64,000 nucleotides of DNA from NCBI GenBank assembly GCA_038883795.1, contig JAVZLK010000003.1:64001-128000 (forward strand), read 5' to 3'. Source of the stretch: Candidatus Bathyarchaeia archaeon. GTDB lineage: Archaea; Thermoproteota; Bathyarchaeia; Bathyarchaeales; Bathycorpusculaceae. The position numbers and the translations under genes were made by a program. This document shows, piece after piece, positions 27,513 to 37,567 of this stretch (positions are counted from its first letter, which is position 1; each line of letters starts with the position of its first letter). Below the pieces are notes generated by a model. That model worked only from the letters and a program-made list of their open reading frames with translations. It ran no database searches and had not been told where the DNA came from.

Positions 27513-30179
27513 TTACTCCGACCCCTCTTCTTCACCCGCAGAAATTTCAATAATCTTCAACTTAACGAGCACGATGATCACGACGGCGATGATCAATGGA
27601 ATAAGAATTATTAGAAGCATAGTCATCCAAGGCAAACCTTCACTAGGCTTTGCTTCTGGGCTGACGGTTATTGAAATTTGCTCTTCTTCGCTTAAATATC
27701 CGTACTTTGTAGCGTTGGCAGTAATGTTGACAGTGAGCGATGTTGTTGTTTGAGGAGCAATGTAAACGAAGGTGCAATAGCCATCAGCATCCGTCCAATT
27801 TGTCGTGATAGGAATGCTTCCATCAGTGCATGAGAGAGTAACTGCTGCATTGAAAACTGGAGTTTGGTTGCAAGTGACATGCACACTTACTAAGGTAGAT
27901 TCCTCTGGAGCAATTGCTGACTTGACTATTATTTCGACATTGATTATTCCTGGATTGACGGCTATGTTAAGCCAATTTTCTCCATCAACGTATCCCTCTT
28001 TAGTTGCTTTCGCCAAAAGTGTTATGTTACATGCTTCATCCACTGGGGGCGCCGTGAAAGTGAATGTTGCAGTACCTGCCTCATCACTTAAGACAAAAGC
28101 TGGAATGAAATTTCCTCCACTTTCAGACGTCAATGTTATATTCGCTTCTGCAATTGGGTTTCCTTCGTATGACACCTGAACCGTCACAGCCATTTTTCCC
28201 TCTGAAGTGATGATAGCGGGATCTGCTGTGACTTCAACAAAAAGCACTTTTGGTTCTATAGGTATCGTGCATAAACCTTGTCCCTTTCCATAACCAGTTT
28301 TTGTGGCAATAACCAGAATAGTACTGTTTATTTGAGTTAAGGTTTGAGAGGCTGTAAAACTGAAAATTGCCATACCATTGGCGTCTGTAACGCCTGTTGT
28401 TGCCGAAAGGTCACCATTTTCAGCGGATAGCGTAAGCGAAACATCGGAAACGGGTATTTCAAAACTATCCAACACTTGAACTGTGATTGTTGCTGTTTCT
28501 TCAGATTTAAGCGTAGGTGGGTCAGCGCTCATTTGAACAGTAAGGGGTGGAATAACTTTCAAATAATCGTGGGCTGAACCATCAGTGTAAGAAAGTTTTG
28601 AAGCCCTCGCAATGATTCTAACATCCGTCACTTCAGTGACATTTGGCGCTTTAAACACAGCAGTAAAATAACCTGAGGAATTTGTTAACCCAGAAAATGG
28701 CGTGAAAATTCCACCTTTTACAGAGAAAAATGTTACATTCGCATTTTCTACAGCACTTGTCCCGTAAGAGACATAAGCAGTAACAAAAACCTCATCATTA
28801 TATTCCACCTTATAATTACTAAGAGTAATAGATACCTTTAAAGATGGTAGGTTCATAACGTTTATTTGTGCAGAAACAATATTGCTTGTAACGTTGAAAT
28901 CGTCCCTAACTTTTAATCTCACAGAATAGGTACCTACGGAAGAATAGTTATAGGTGAAGAGGGATAGGGTTGTCCAGTCGCTGCTTTTTCCATCACCGAA
29001 ATCGTAGAAGTAATAGTTAATTCGTCCGTCATCATGGGAGTCAGCACCTACGAAGGTGACTGGTTGATTTGGCGCAACTAAAACCTTATCTGTCCAGAGA
29101 ATTGCCGTTGGAGGAGCATTACTGTAATCTATGGGATGCGTTAAGAAGAAGATGAAGTCAAGATTAATCCCATCACCGCCAACCGGATTTCCTTTTCCAT
29201 GCGGGTTTAATGTTGGATGGTAAGGTCCACTTTCGTTGCCCCAATAATTGTATGTTGCATCCACAGTGGCTCCAGAGGAAACGTCCATGCCTAACTCGTT
29301 GCCAGTTATGTCGTTGAAATGGGCTATATGGCCTGTTCCGCTTTCATACATGATTCCAACATGATTGTTCAAAATGTAATTTCTTGTAATGTTGGTAACA
29401 GCATCGCTTGAAACGCAAAAACCATAATTGTTTTGTGAAACTGTGTTATTCACGATAACAGTGTTGCCATAAGTTTCAGCCTCGCAGAGTATTCCGCTGT
29501 GCTGGTTAAAGGATATTTCGTTTTGAGTTATGCTTACTGATGTTAAAACTCCGTTTAATATTATGCCGTCTCCATTACCGCTTACGAAGTTATTCAACAC
29601 ATAGACTTGGCTGCCACCACTTACGAAAATTCCACCTACACTGTTGTTTAACACCTCACAATCTTCAACATGCACATAGCCACCAAAAATTGCAACTCCA
29701 TTTTCAGAATTGTATCTAACAGTGCTTTCTTGAATATTCACATAACCATTTTCTACGGTTATCCCATTCAAGCCATATTCTATAATACAATTTGAGAGTA
29801 AAGATTCTTGTGCAGAATTAAACCAAAGCGTTCCCCATCCGCCAGCTTTAGGTTCAAGCTCGTTTGAAGTAAACCTTATCGTTTTATCCTCTGTGCCTTC
29901 TGCAATAAGTTTGCCTTCTATGGTTATGTTAAAAAATCCTCCAAAGCGCACTTCAACCCCTGGCTCAATGGTTAAAGTTGCATTGGAACAAACTATAGTT
30001 TCGTTTGAAATTATGAAGGGACTTTCCACAAGAGTCCATGTAGTATCTAATGTAATGTATCCTTCAACATAAGTTGCTCTTACAGGAAGAAATAACATTA
30101 TGTTTGCAAAACTAAAAATGCTAAAAATCAAAGTTAACAGAATAAAGTATGCCCTAAATTGCTTCTTCATGTTTTCCAT
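27513..30179 (-). CDS. Membrane-anchored surface adhesin: beta-helix + PKD + four Ig-like (Big-1-like) repeats
   Basis: Signal peptide; parallel beta-helix (I..N.I..N..GI); PKD (YDFGDG...YSSVGTYSVRLKVRDD); four repeats ending A.K.GY; C-terminal TM. Confidence 0.82.
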   Translation of the reverse strand: MENMKKQFRAYFILLTLIFSIFSFANIMLFLPVRATYVEGYITLDTTWTLVESPFIISNETIVCSNATLTIEPGVEVRFGGFFNITIEGKLIAEGTEDKTIRFTSNELEPKAGGWGTLWFNSAQESLLSNCIIEYGLNGITVENGYVNIQESTVRYNSENGVAIFGGYVHVEDCEVLNNSVGGIFVSGGSQVYVLNNFVSGNGDGIILNGVLTSVSITQNEISFNQHSGILCEAETYGNTVIVNNTVSQNNYGFCVSSDAVTNITRNYILNNHVGIMYESGTGHIAHFNDITGNELGMDVSSGATVDATYNYWGNESGPYHPTLNPHGKGNPVGGDGINLDFIFFLTHPIDYSNAPPTAILWTDKVLVAPNQPVTFVGADSHDDGRINYYFYDFGDGKSSDWTTLSLFTYNYSSVGTYSVRLKVRDDFNVTSNIVSAQINVMNLPSLKVSITLSNYKVEYNDEVFVTAYVSYGTSAVENANVTFFSVKGGIFTPFSGLTNSSGYFTAVFKAPNVTEVTDVRIIARASKLSYTDGSAHDYLKVIPPLTVQMSADPPTLKSEETATITVQVLDSFEIPVSDVSLTLSAENGDLSATTGVTDANGMAIFSFTASQTLTQINSTILVIATKTGYGKGQGLCTIPIEPKVLFVEVTADPAIITSEGKMAVTVQVSYEGNPIAEANITLTSESGGNFIPAFVLSDEAGTATFTFTAPPVDEACNITLLAKATKEGYVDGENWLNIAVNPGIINVEIIVKSAIAPEESTLVSVHVTCNQTPVFNAAVTLSCTDGSIPITTNWTDADGYCTFVYIAPQTTTSLTVNITANATKYGYLSEEEQISITVSPEAKPSEGLPWMTMLLIILIPLIIAVVIIVLVKLKIIEISAGEEEGSE

Positions 30180-30318
30180 CTCTCAGTTATCAAGTATCGC
30201 TATGCCACTAACAGTTTAAGCATTATGAATTCTGAATAAAACTTCAAAATCTGTAATAAGCGTCTTAGCAAGAGATTTAATGCCGTAAGATAACAACCAT
30301 AACAAGAGGAGGAAAAAT

Positions 30319-31092
30319 TTGAAAAGTTTCATAGCCTTCGCTCTAAACGATTTTCCTCTAATAAAACCAGGGGATAACGTAGCAAAGATAATTGTGGAAA
30401 CCGCCGGAAAGAATGGCTTGAAGATTGAGGACGGCGACATAATAGCTGTTGCTCAAAAAATTTTCTCTAAAGCCGAAAAGAGAGTTGTGAAATTGAGGGA
30501 TGTCATCCCTTCAGAGAAAGCCAAAGAAATTGCAAAAATAACAGGTAAAGGACCGAAATTTGTTGAGCTTGTTCTTAAAGAAACAAAGAGAATAGTGAAG
30601 GCTTCCCGTGAGATTTTATTAGTGGAGGACAAACGCGGTTTGGTGTGCATAAACGCTGGGATAGATAAATCAAACGTGGAGGGAATGGAAAACTATGCAT
30701 TACTTCCACAAAATCCCGATGAATCAGCACAAAAATGCCGCAGAGAAATTAAAAGACTAACAGGCAAAAATGTTGCCGTAATAATATGCGACACCTACAG
30801 TCGCCCCTTCAAAAGGGGACAAGTAAACTTCGCCATTGGTTTGGCTGGCATAAAACCCTTCAAAGACTACCGTGGAAAAAGGGACCTTTTCGGACAAATC
30901 TTAAAAGTTAAAAACGTTGCAATTGCCGATGAGATTGCTGCAGCAGCAGAACTTCTCATGGGACAAGCGGATGAGGCAACACCAGTGGTCATTTTCAAAG
31001 GCCTAAACAACATCGTGCAATTTTGTGAAAACTGCAGTGCCAATGAGCTTCAGATTTCAAGGGAAGAGGATCTCTTTAAAGAAGCATTATAA
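30319..31092 (+). CDS. cofE: Coenzyme F420-0:L-glutamate ligase
   Basis: PLIKPGD, KIFSKAE, NAGIDKSN, DTYSRPF, DEIAAAAELLMGQ, PVV. Confidence 0.9.
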   Translation: MKSFIAFALNDFPLIKPGDNVAKIIVETAGKNGLKIEDGDIIAVAQKIFSKAEKRVVKLRDVIPSEKAKEIAKITGKGPKFVELVLKETKRIVKASREILLVEDKRGLVCINAGIDKSNVEGMENYALLPQNPDESAQKCRREIKRLTGKNVAVIICDTYSRPFKRGQVNFAIGLAGIKPFKDYRGKRDLFGQILKVKNVAIADEIAAAAELLMGQADEATPVVIFKGLNNIVQFCENCSANELQISREEDLFKEAL

Positions 31093-31722
31093 ATCTTGCA
31101 AAAAAGGATTGTTAAGCTTCTCTTCACCAATGGTTGTTATAGGTCCATGTCCAGGATAAACAATATAATGGTCAGGCAAAGCTGCCAATTTCTTTAGAGA
31201 CTTCATCATATCTTGCTCAGAGCTTTCCGGAAAATCGGTTCTTCCAATAGAACCCCAAAACAACGTGTCGCCAGTAAAAACTTCCTTATCACCAATAAAC
31301 GCTACCCCTCCACGGCTATGACCAGGCATATGCATAACCTTTAGAGTTATTTTTCCAAATTTGACTAAATCTTCGTCGTGAAGCATTATGTCGGGTTCTG
31401 GCGAGAAACTCCTAAAAACAAAAAAATTAGCAATTGTTTTACCTTTCTTGCCAAGCATAGTGGAGTCGAACTCGTGAATTAGGATGGGCACGTTAAATTT
31501 TTCCTTAACAATTCCGTTTCCACAAGTATGATCGGGATGCCCATGAGTGTTCAAAATAAACTTCAATATTAAAGATTTATCATTAATGTAACTGAAAATT
31601 TTTTCCGCTTCATGGCTGTCGTCAAAACCCGGATCTATTATTACTGCTTCCCTTGTTTGCTCACAGTTTACAACATAACAATTTGTCATCAACTGGCCAA
31701 CAGTAAACAACTGCACTATCAT
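31087..31722 (-). CDS. MBL-fold hydrolase (glyoxalase II-like)
   Basis: TNCY, IDPG, THGHPDH, PGHS, TGDTLF, PGHG. Confidence 0.92.
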   Translation of the reverse strand: MIVQLFTVGQLMTNCYVVNCEQTREAVIIDPGFDDSHEAEKIFSYINDKSLILKFILNTHGHPDHTCGNGIVKEKFNVPILIHEFDSTMLGKKGKTIANFFVFRSFSPEPDIMLHDEDLVKFGKITLKVMHMPGHSRGGVAFIGDKEVFTGDTLFWGSIGRTDFPESSEQDMMKSLKKLAALPDHYIVYPGHGPITTIGEEKLNNPFLQDL

Positions 31723-31819
31723 TAACGTTCACTAATGAAGCCTAATTAATAGCTCTTCTGATTTTGCTGCACAATAAACCTTACCGAAAGCATTAAGTTT
31801 TTAGAAAAAACAATAACTA

Positions 31820-32044
31820 TTGGAGATTGGAGAATCTTTGAAGCTTCAAGAGATTGAAGAAGCATTTAGCCACTTTAAAATATGCCCCAAATGCAAGTCT
31901 ACAAAGGGTTTTTGGCTTGGGATAAAACGTGACATTGGCTATGTTCAATGCAAAGATTGCGGAGCAAAATTTGAACTTCATGAAGTTTACACCTTTGGCG
32001 AAAAGGGCAAAGCTCCGGAAAAGTTCACGTTTTTTAGAAGGTAA
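31820..32044 (+). CDS. Small Zn-ribbon protein
   Basis: CPKC...CKDCG; start may be TTG 31838 after GGAG. Confidence 0.7.
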   Translation: MEIGESLKLQEIEEAFSHFKICPKCKSTKGFWLGIKRDIGYVQCKDCGAKFELHEVYTFGEKGKAPEKFTFFRR

Positions 32045-32130
32045 AATTCGAATTCAGAAACCGAATATTATTCAATTTTTGAAAGAAGATTCATAAACAA
32101 AATTTTTGCAAAGCTACTAAGGGCATTTCA

Positions 32131-32982
32131 TTGAAAAACCAGAAAACACCATTCGTTTCCATAATAATACCCACGTACAACTCAAAAAGAACTCTTCGCC
32201 AATGCCTCCAATCAATAAAAGAACAAACCTACAAAAGAATAGAGACCATAATTGTCGACCGCCACAGCACAGACGAAACCGTGCAAATAGCCAAAAAATT
32301 CAAAGCTAAAATATATCGGGTAACTCAAGAAAGAAGCGTAGCCAAAAATCTGGGAGCCAAGAATGCCCGAGGAAAATATCTTCTATTTATAGACTCAGAC
32401 ATGGGGCTAAGCGCCAAGGTTGTTGAAGAATGCGTAAAATTATGCGAGGAGAAAAACTTCGATGCAGCCGTTGTCCCATTAACAACAATCGCCATCGGAT
32501 TTCTAGCAGAATGCAGAAAATTGGAAGTTGAACTATATTTTTACGATCCAAACTATTTCTTAATGCCGCGATTTTTCAGAAAAACAGCCTTTCTCAAAGA
32601 AGGCGGCTTTGATGAGAGTTTAATTTGCGGTGAGGATTTTGACTTGGCACGGCGATATGAAAGGCGAGGCTATCGTATCGGGATAATAACCCAACCAATA
32701 AGGCATCTAGAAGGGAAACTTTCATTGAAAAAAATTGTTTTGAAAGCACACTATTATGGGAAAAGTTTGCCATCCTTTTTTTCAAAGGAACCAGCCTTAG
32801 CATTGCGTGGCTACTGTCCCACCCGTTTTGCTTGGAACATCAAACGCCTCGCAGAGAAACCGGTCCATCTTATGGGTCTCGTCATAATAAAGTTGATTGA
32901 GTACATTGCCTACTCCATTGGAATTTTTAATGGATTGATTTCGCCAAAAAGGGGAGAAAATGAGGTTCCAAACTTCTACTGA
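32131..32982 (+). CDS. GT2 glycosyltransferase
   Basis: VSIIIPTYN, IVD, STD, FIDSD, GEDFD. Confidence 0.92.
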   Translation: MKNQKTPFVSIIIPTYNSKRTLRQCLQSIKEQTYKRIETIIVDRHSTDETVQIAKKFKAKIYRVTQERSVAKNLGAKNARGKYLLFIDSDMGLSAKVVEECVKLCEEKNFDAAVVPLTTIAIGFLAECRKLEVELYFYDPNYFLMPRFFRKTAFLKEGGFDESLICGEDFDLARRYERRGYRIGIITQPIRHLEGKLSLKKIVLKAHYYGKSLPSFFSKEPALALRGYCPTRFAWNIKRLAEKPVHLMGLVIIKLIEYIAYSIGIFNGLISPKRGENEVPNFY

Positions 32983-33811
32983 GCTTGACGCCATAGTCTC
33001 TGTGATAATTCCCACATGCAACTCTAGCAAAACCTTAGAACGCTGCCTTAGATCGATTAAAAATCAAAACTATAGGAAAATTGAAGTAATCATTGTAGAC
33101 GCCTACAGCAAGGATGAAACACGAAAAATCGCTGAACAACTCGCTGACAAAACATTTCTTCTAGCACAAGAGCGAAGTTATGCTCGAAATTTTGGAGCAA
33201 AACAAGCCAAAGGACGCTTCCTGTTTTTTGTGGACTCGGATATGGAGCTAACGCCAAATGTCATCACAGAATGCGTCACCATCTGCACCTGTAAAAAGGC
33301 AGATGCTGTTATAATTCCTGAAGAAACTTTTGGAGACGGCTTCCTCGTTGAATGTAGGAAACTGGAGAAAAGAATGCGGCTTAAAGGATTTTACGCCGAA
33401 GCCCCCAGATTTTTCAAAAAAGAAGTTTTCCAATTCGTCGGTGGATATGACAATAACCTCGTAACTGGAGAAGACTTCGAACTTACCCAACGCATCTACA
33501 AGGCTGGATTTTTGATAGAACGATGTAACGCCATAATAAGGCATCACGAAGAAAATCTTTCACTAAAACAACTTGTCAACAAAGTTTATTATTATGGGAA
33601 AAAACTCCCAGCTTACATAAAAAAAGAGCCCAGCCTAGCCTTCAAAACTTCATCACCGATTCATTTCTTTAAGCACATTTCACTGTTACGAAAGCATCCC
33701 ATCCATTTTACAGGCCTATGCCTTCTGAAGCTAGTGGAATATTTCGCATATTTCGCTGGCACTTCCGCCTACTTTCTCTCCAAAATGCCAACCAAATATT
33801 GGGTGAAATGA
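32960..33811 (+). CDS. GT2 glycosyltransferase (paralog of upstream gene)
   Basis: VSVIIP, RNFGA, FVDSD, PRFF, GEDFE. Confidence 0.92.
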   Translation: MRFQTSTELDAIVSVIIPTCNSSKTLERCLRSIKNQNYRKIEVIIVDAYSKDETRKIAEQLADKTFLLAQERSYARNFGAKQAKGRFLFFVDSDMELTPNVITECVTICTCKKADAVIIPEETFGDGFLVECRKLEKRMRLKGFYAEAPRFFKKEVFQFVGGYDNNLVTGEDFELTQRIYKAGFLIERCNAIIRHHEENLSLKQLVNKVYYYGKKLPAYIKKEPSLAFKTSSPIHFFKHISLLRKHPIHFTGLCLLKLVEYFAYFAGTSAYFLSKMPTKYWVK

Positions 33812-33814
33812 ACG

Positions 33815-36800
33815 ATGAAGAAGTTATTAACCTATTGGCAAACTTTCATAACAAAAATTAGAAACTGCCAAAAAATTCGAATATTACTTGACTTCTGCAT
33901 AATCACAGCCATAGGCACCATAATCTTTCGAAATTTTCTCTTTACAGACAAGTGGCCTGCTGGAGGAGACGCCCTCGGCATAGTTTCAAGAACATATCTT
34001 CTTGGTAGCGATTTTAAGTGGCTTTATGTTTGGAGACCCCAATCCTTTGGGTTTGTGGAGGTAATTCACGGTTACGATTTTTTCCTAATGATTTTATATT
34101 GGATTCTTAATGATTCTATAGCCACAGCCAAAATTTTCCTTTTCTTAACATTCATTGTTTCTGGCTTTTCCAGTTACACATTAACTTACTGGTATACTAA
34201 AAATTCATTAGCCTCTCTTGCAGCATCTTTTGTTTATATTTTAAATCCTTGGCTTTTCTCCCAATACACAGAAGCACATGGAGACATACTTTTTAGCTAC
34301 TCACTTGCGCCCATTGTCTTCTTGCTCATTTTCAGAGCCTTTGAAACAAAAAGTTTGAAAAACATTTTTCTAGCTGGATTAGCTTTGGGCATTTTGGTTT
34401 CTGCTTTTCATCCTGAATGCGTCGTAATCTATGGTTCAACTTTTCCAATATTCACAGCAATCTATGTGTTAATGCCAACAAAAGGCAATACGAGATTAGC
34501 ACAACTTAAGAGCCTCTTAAAAGTAGCATTGCCATTATTGATTATTTGTCTTTCTTTAGCTGCATTCGTTCTAATTCCTATAATCCTAAATGTGAAGCCG
34601 CGATATTACCTTCCAACATATAGGTATTATGTTGAAGAAACCTACGGTGGAGTTTATAGAAATTTAACAGATGCTTTCACCTTACAAGCCGTTGAAGTAT
34701 GGGGTTACGTCAAGGTGGTGGATGTTGTCACCAGCGTTTCTTTGCAAGATTTTCCAGTAAAAAATCTATCATTAACAATTTTTGCTATTGCCTATGCTAC
34801 AGTCCTATTCAAAAAAGACAAATATAGCATCTTCTTTTTAGCATCAGCACTTTTCACCATGTTCGTTGCGAAAGGGCCGTATCCCCCCTTCGGCGACTTA
34901 TACCTTTGGGTATGGTTCAACCTTCCCCATTTCGCCGTTTTCAGAGCTGCAAGCAGATGGATAATGATGGCTTGCTTGTCTCACGCCTTCTTTATGGCTA
35001 CTCTTGTAGATATATTAACAAAATATATTAAAGAGAAAAAGTTCCGCTTACTTAATCATTCTTTTGCACAATTTAGTACCAAAATTACCAAGTATTTAGG
35101 AAAAGGCGGATCTGAACTTCCCATAAAAGTTACAAGAAACTTCTTTGTTTATCTTCACAAATTTTTGTATTATGCAAGCATAGTTTTGATAATTGCAATT
35201 TTTCTAAATGGATTTCTTTCCGTGTGGTACTTCTTCCAAGAAGGCTTACAAGTTTATTCGCTACCACAAAACTATGTAGAGCCATATCAATGGATAAGTT
35301 CGCAAAATGGAGATTTTAAAGTTGTGAGCGTCAACCGAGACTGTGCAAGATGGATGGGCTATAGTTATGGATTTGATTTCGCTTTCAGCGCAATGCTCAC
35401 GGAAATAGGTTGGGCGCATGATATAGGCTATGAAAGTTCTTTCATCCATAACAAGCCTGTAATGCAGGATGGAGGATGGGATGTAAACACTAGAAATTTC
35501 GTAGACTATTTGAGATCACGTCTTGTAGGGCAACAAAAAACTCTCGATTTTCTAAAATTAATTGGAACATTCAACTATAAGTATATCGTTTTACCCGCTT
35601 ACCTTGACGACGATGTAAAGGAATTTTTCCTACAACAAGAAGGAGCTTTAGAAAACGTCATTTACGATAAAGACGAAGCCATAATAATAGAAAATCCTTA
35701 TTATGTTCCACGATTTTTTGGCTTTTATGAAAGCGTAAATATTCTGAGCGGATTTAAGTCATTTCAATCTCTTTTCAACCTAAACACTTTTAATCTGAAC
35801 GGAACTGTTCTTTTATTTCTCGATGAGCCTAACTACAAATGCTTAGATGAACTTCAAGGAAATAGTAAAGCGTTGATATTTGTTAATGCTAACCTCCTAG
35901 ATCTTGCAATGTTAAGGTTACAGGACAAAGCAAAGATAATAAATGCTGCAGATTTTGGAGTATGTAGTTATAACACAAACAAATATTGGATACAAACCTC
36001 TTCTTGGAGAGATGTTGGCGCCTTTGTTTTTGGTGGAAAAACTTTAACCACTTACGGAAACAATAGTTTGGATATTCCATTCGAAGTCCCTGAAAAAGGG
36101 ATTTACGAAATATGGGTAAGAATTGGTTTTCTTTCAAATAGGGGAACACTATTGGTTTTTGTTGATTCCAATTTTGTTGGCGAAATTAAGCCTGAAGCCG
36201 ATTATTGGTGTGGGCTTTTATGGATTAAATTGAACACTTTAGAACTTAACCAAGGAGCGCATATTATAAGGCTAAGTAATGAAGGAAATGGCTTTAATGA
36301 CGTTGATGCAATTGCGATAGTTCAACCAAGTTTGTTCCAATCAACATACAATGAATTATTGGAATCCATTGAAGATTTTCAAGGCAGAATCATCGATATC
36401 ATAGGAGCAGCTAACCTCTTCGCTTATAATGGTCTCCCAGACGGATGGGCAATTCACATTCAAAAATACGAGGATGACTTGTTAAAGGCAGAAAATACAC
36501 TAATGCCCATAGAAGAAAGTGCTCAAGCCTCAGCAAGCTCCATTCAAGATGAGCATATTCCACAAAATGCTGTTGATGGCTTAGCTGGAACAAGATGGGC
36601 TTCAAATCCAACTCAAGAAACTCCACAATGGCTTCAAATCGAATACGCCAGTGTCCAAGAGGTGGCTGGTGTAAAGATTCTTTTTGAAAACGCCTACGCG
36701 AGCAATTATATAATTCAAACGTGGGATGGGAGTCAATGGATTACACAAGTAGAAGTTAAAAATAATACTTCGCTTTTGCCGGTGCACATGTTCAAGGAAC

Positions 36801-37567
36801 CAGTTAAAACCAATAAGTTGTTACTTAATGTAACCGCCTATGGCACACTCCATCATTTAGTAAGTGTTTTCGAGTTTCAGCCTTGTAAACTCTCTTCAGC
36901 CAAAGCAAACCATTTCATACCCCGACGAGATAGCTACATGATTGCTCTGCGTCTTGCCTCGGGTCAAGACTATGGAATTTTAAACCTCAAAATAGGTAAC
37001 TATTCTTTCCAGTTCAACTGCTCTAGTGATGAAGAAAAGCTTCGGTGGTATGAAGTTGGGCCAGTAGAGTTAGAGAAGGGAGAAACCGAGGTTTTGGCAA
37101 GTGCTTACGGCAAAATAATATTTGACCAAATAATTCTTTACACCGTAAAAGAAAACGAGGAAGGCATTAGCCTCCAGAGCCTCTTCAGCTCCGAGAATTC
37201 CCCACCAACTATTAGCTACGAAAAACTGAATCCCACAACTTATAAACTCCATGTAAAAACCGAGCAGCCTTTCTTTCTGCTTTTCTCTGAAGCTTATAAT
37301 CCTCTTTGGAAGGCAAAAATTGACGGCGCTTCCCAAACAGTTCAGTCAATTATTGCTTATTCGCTAATTAACTGCTTTTACATAAACAAGACTGGAGAGT
37401 TCGAGGTAGAAGTTTACTTTGAGGGACAAACTTGTGCCGATATCGGATTAAAAATTTCATTTTTATCCTTGAGTTTTGTTGTGGCAGTTGTGCTAATTCC
37501 ACAGCGCTATCTTAAACGGTTAAAGGGTTGGTTAATTGAAGGGGGAGGAAACTGCAATGGTTCCTAG
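33815..37567 (+). CDS. Large GT-C-type membrane glycosyltransferase-like protein (AftD/YfhO-like) with carbohydrate-binding modules
   Basis: About 470 aa polytopic N-terminus with PAGGD after TM1; F5/8 type C motif ASASS...NAVDG...TRW...QWLQI; two CBM-like beta-sandwiches; SEAYNPLWKA; C-terminal TM. Confidence 0.72.
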   Translation: MKKLLTYWQTFITKIRNCQKIRILLDFCIITAIGTIIFRNFLFTDKWPAGGDALGIVSRTYLLGSDFKWLYVWRPQSFGFVEVIHGYDFFLMILYWILNDSIATAKIFLFLTFIVSGFSSYTLTYWYTKNSLASLAASFVYILNPWLFSQYTEAHGDILFSYSLAPIVFLLIFRAFETKSLKNIFLAGLALGILVSAFHPECVVIYGSTFPIFTAIYVLMPTKGNTRLAQLKSLLKVALPLLIICLSLAAFVLIPIILNVKPRYYLPTYRYYVEETYGGVYRNLTDAFTLQAVEVWGYVKVVDVVTSVSLQDFPVKNLSLTIFAIAYATVLFKKDKYSIFFLASALFTMFVAKGPYPPFGDLYLWVWFNLPHFAVFRAASRWIMMACLSHAFFMATLVDILTKYIKEKKFRLLNHSFAQFSTKITKYLGKGGSELPIKVTRNFFVYLHKFLYYASIVLIIAIFLNGFLSVWYFFQEGLQVYSLPQNYVEPYQWISSQNGDFKVVSVNRDCARWMGYSYGFDFAFSAMLTEIGWAHDIGYESSFIHNKPVMQDGGWDVNTRNFVDYLRSRLVGQQKTLDFLKLIGTFNYKYIVLPAYLDDDVKEFFLQQEGALENVIYDKDEAIIIENPYYVPRFFGFYESVNILSGFKSFQSLFNLNTFNLNGTVLLFLDEPNYKCLDELQGNSKALIFVNANLLDLAMLRLQDKAKIINAADFGVCSYNTNKYWIQTSSWRDVGAFVFGGKTLTTYGNNSLDIPFEVPEKGIYEIWVRIGFLSNRGTLLVFVDSNFVGEIKPEADYWCGLLWIKLNTLELNQGAHIIRLSNEGNGFNDVDAIAIVQPSLFQSTYNELLESIEDFQGRIIDIIGAANLFAYNGLPDGWAIHIQKYEDDLLKAENTLMPIEESAQASASSIQDEHIPQNAVDGLAGTRWASNPTQETPQWLQIEYASVQEVAGVKILFENAYASNYIIQTWDGSQWITQVEVKNNTSLLPVHMFKEPVKTNKLLLNVTAYGTLHHLVSVFEFQPCKLSSAKANHFIPRRDSYMIALRLASGQDYGILNLKIGNYSFQFNCSSDEEKLRWYEVGPVELEKGETEVLASAYGKIIFDQIILYTVKENEEGISLQSLFSSENSPPTISYEKLNPTTYKLHVKTEQPFFLLFSEAYNPLWKAKIDGASQTVQSIIAYSLINCFYINKTGEFEVEVYFEGQTCADIGLKISFLSLSFVVAVVLIPQRYLKRLKGWLIEGGGNCNGS

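Noticed and set aside
33815-37567. Oligosaccharyltransferase AglB
   Set aside because: No WWDxG motif seen; the architecture fits AftD/YfhO-like proteins better
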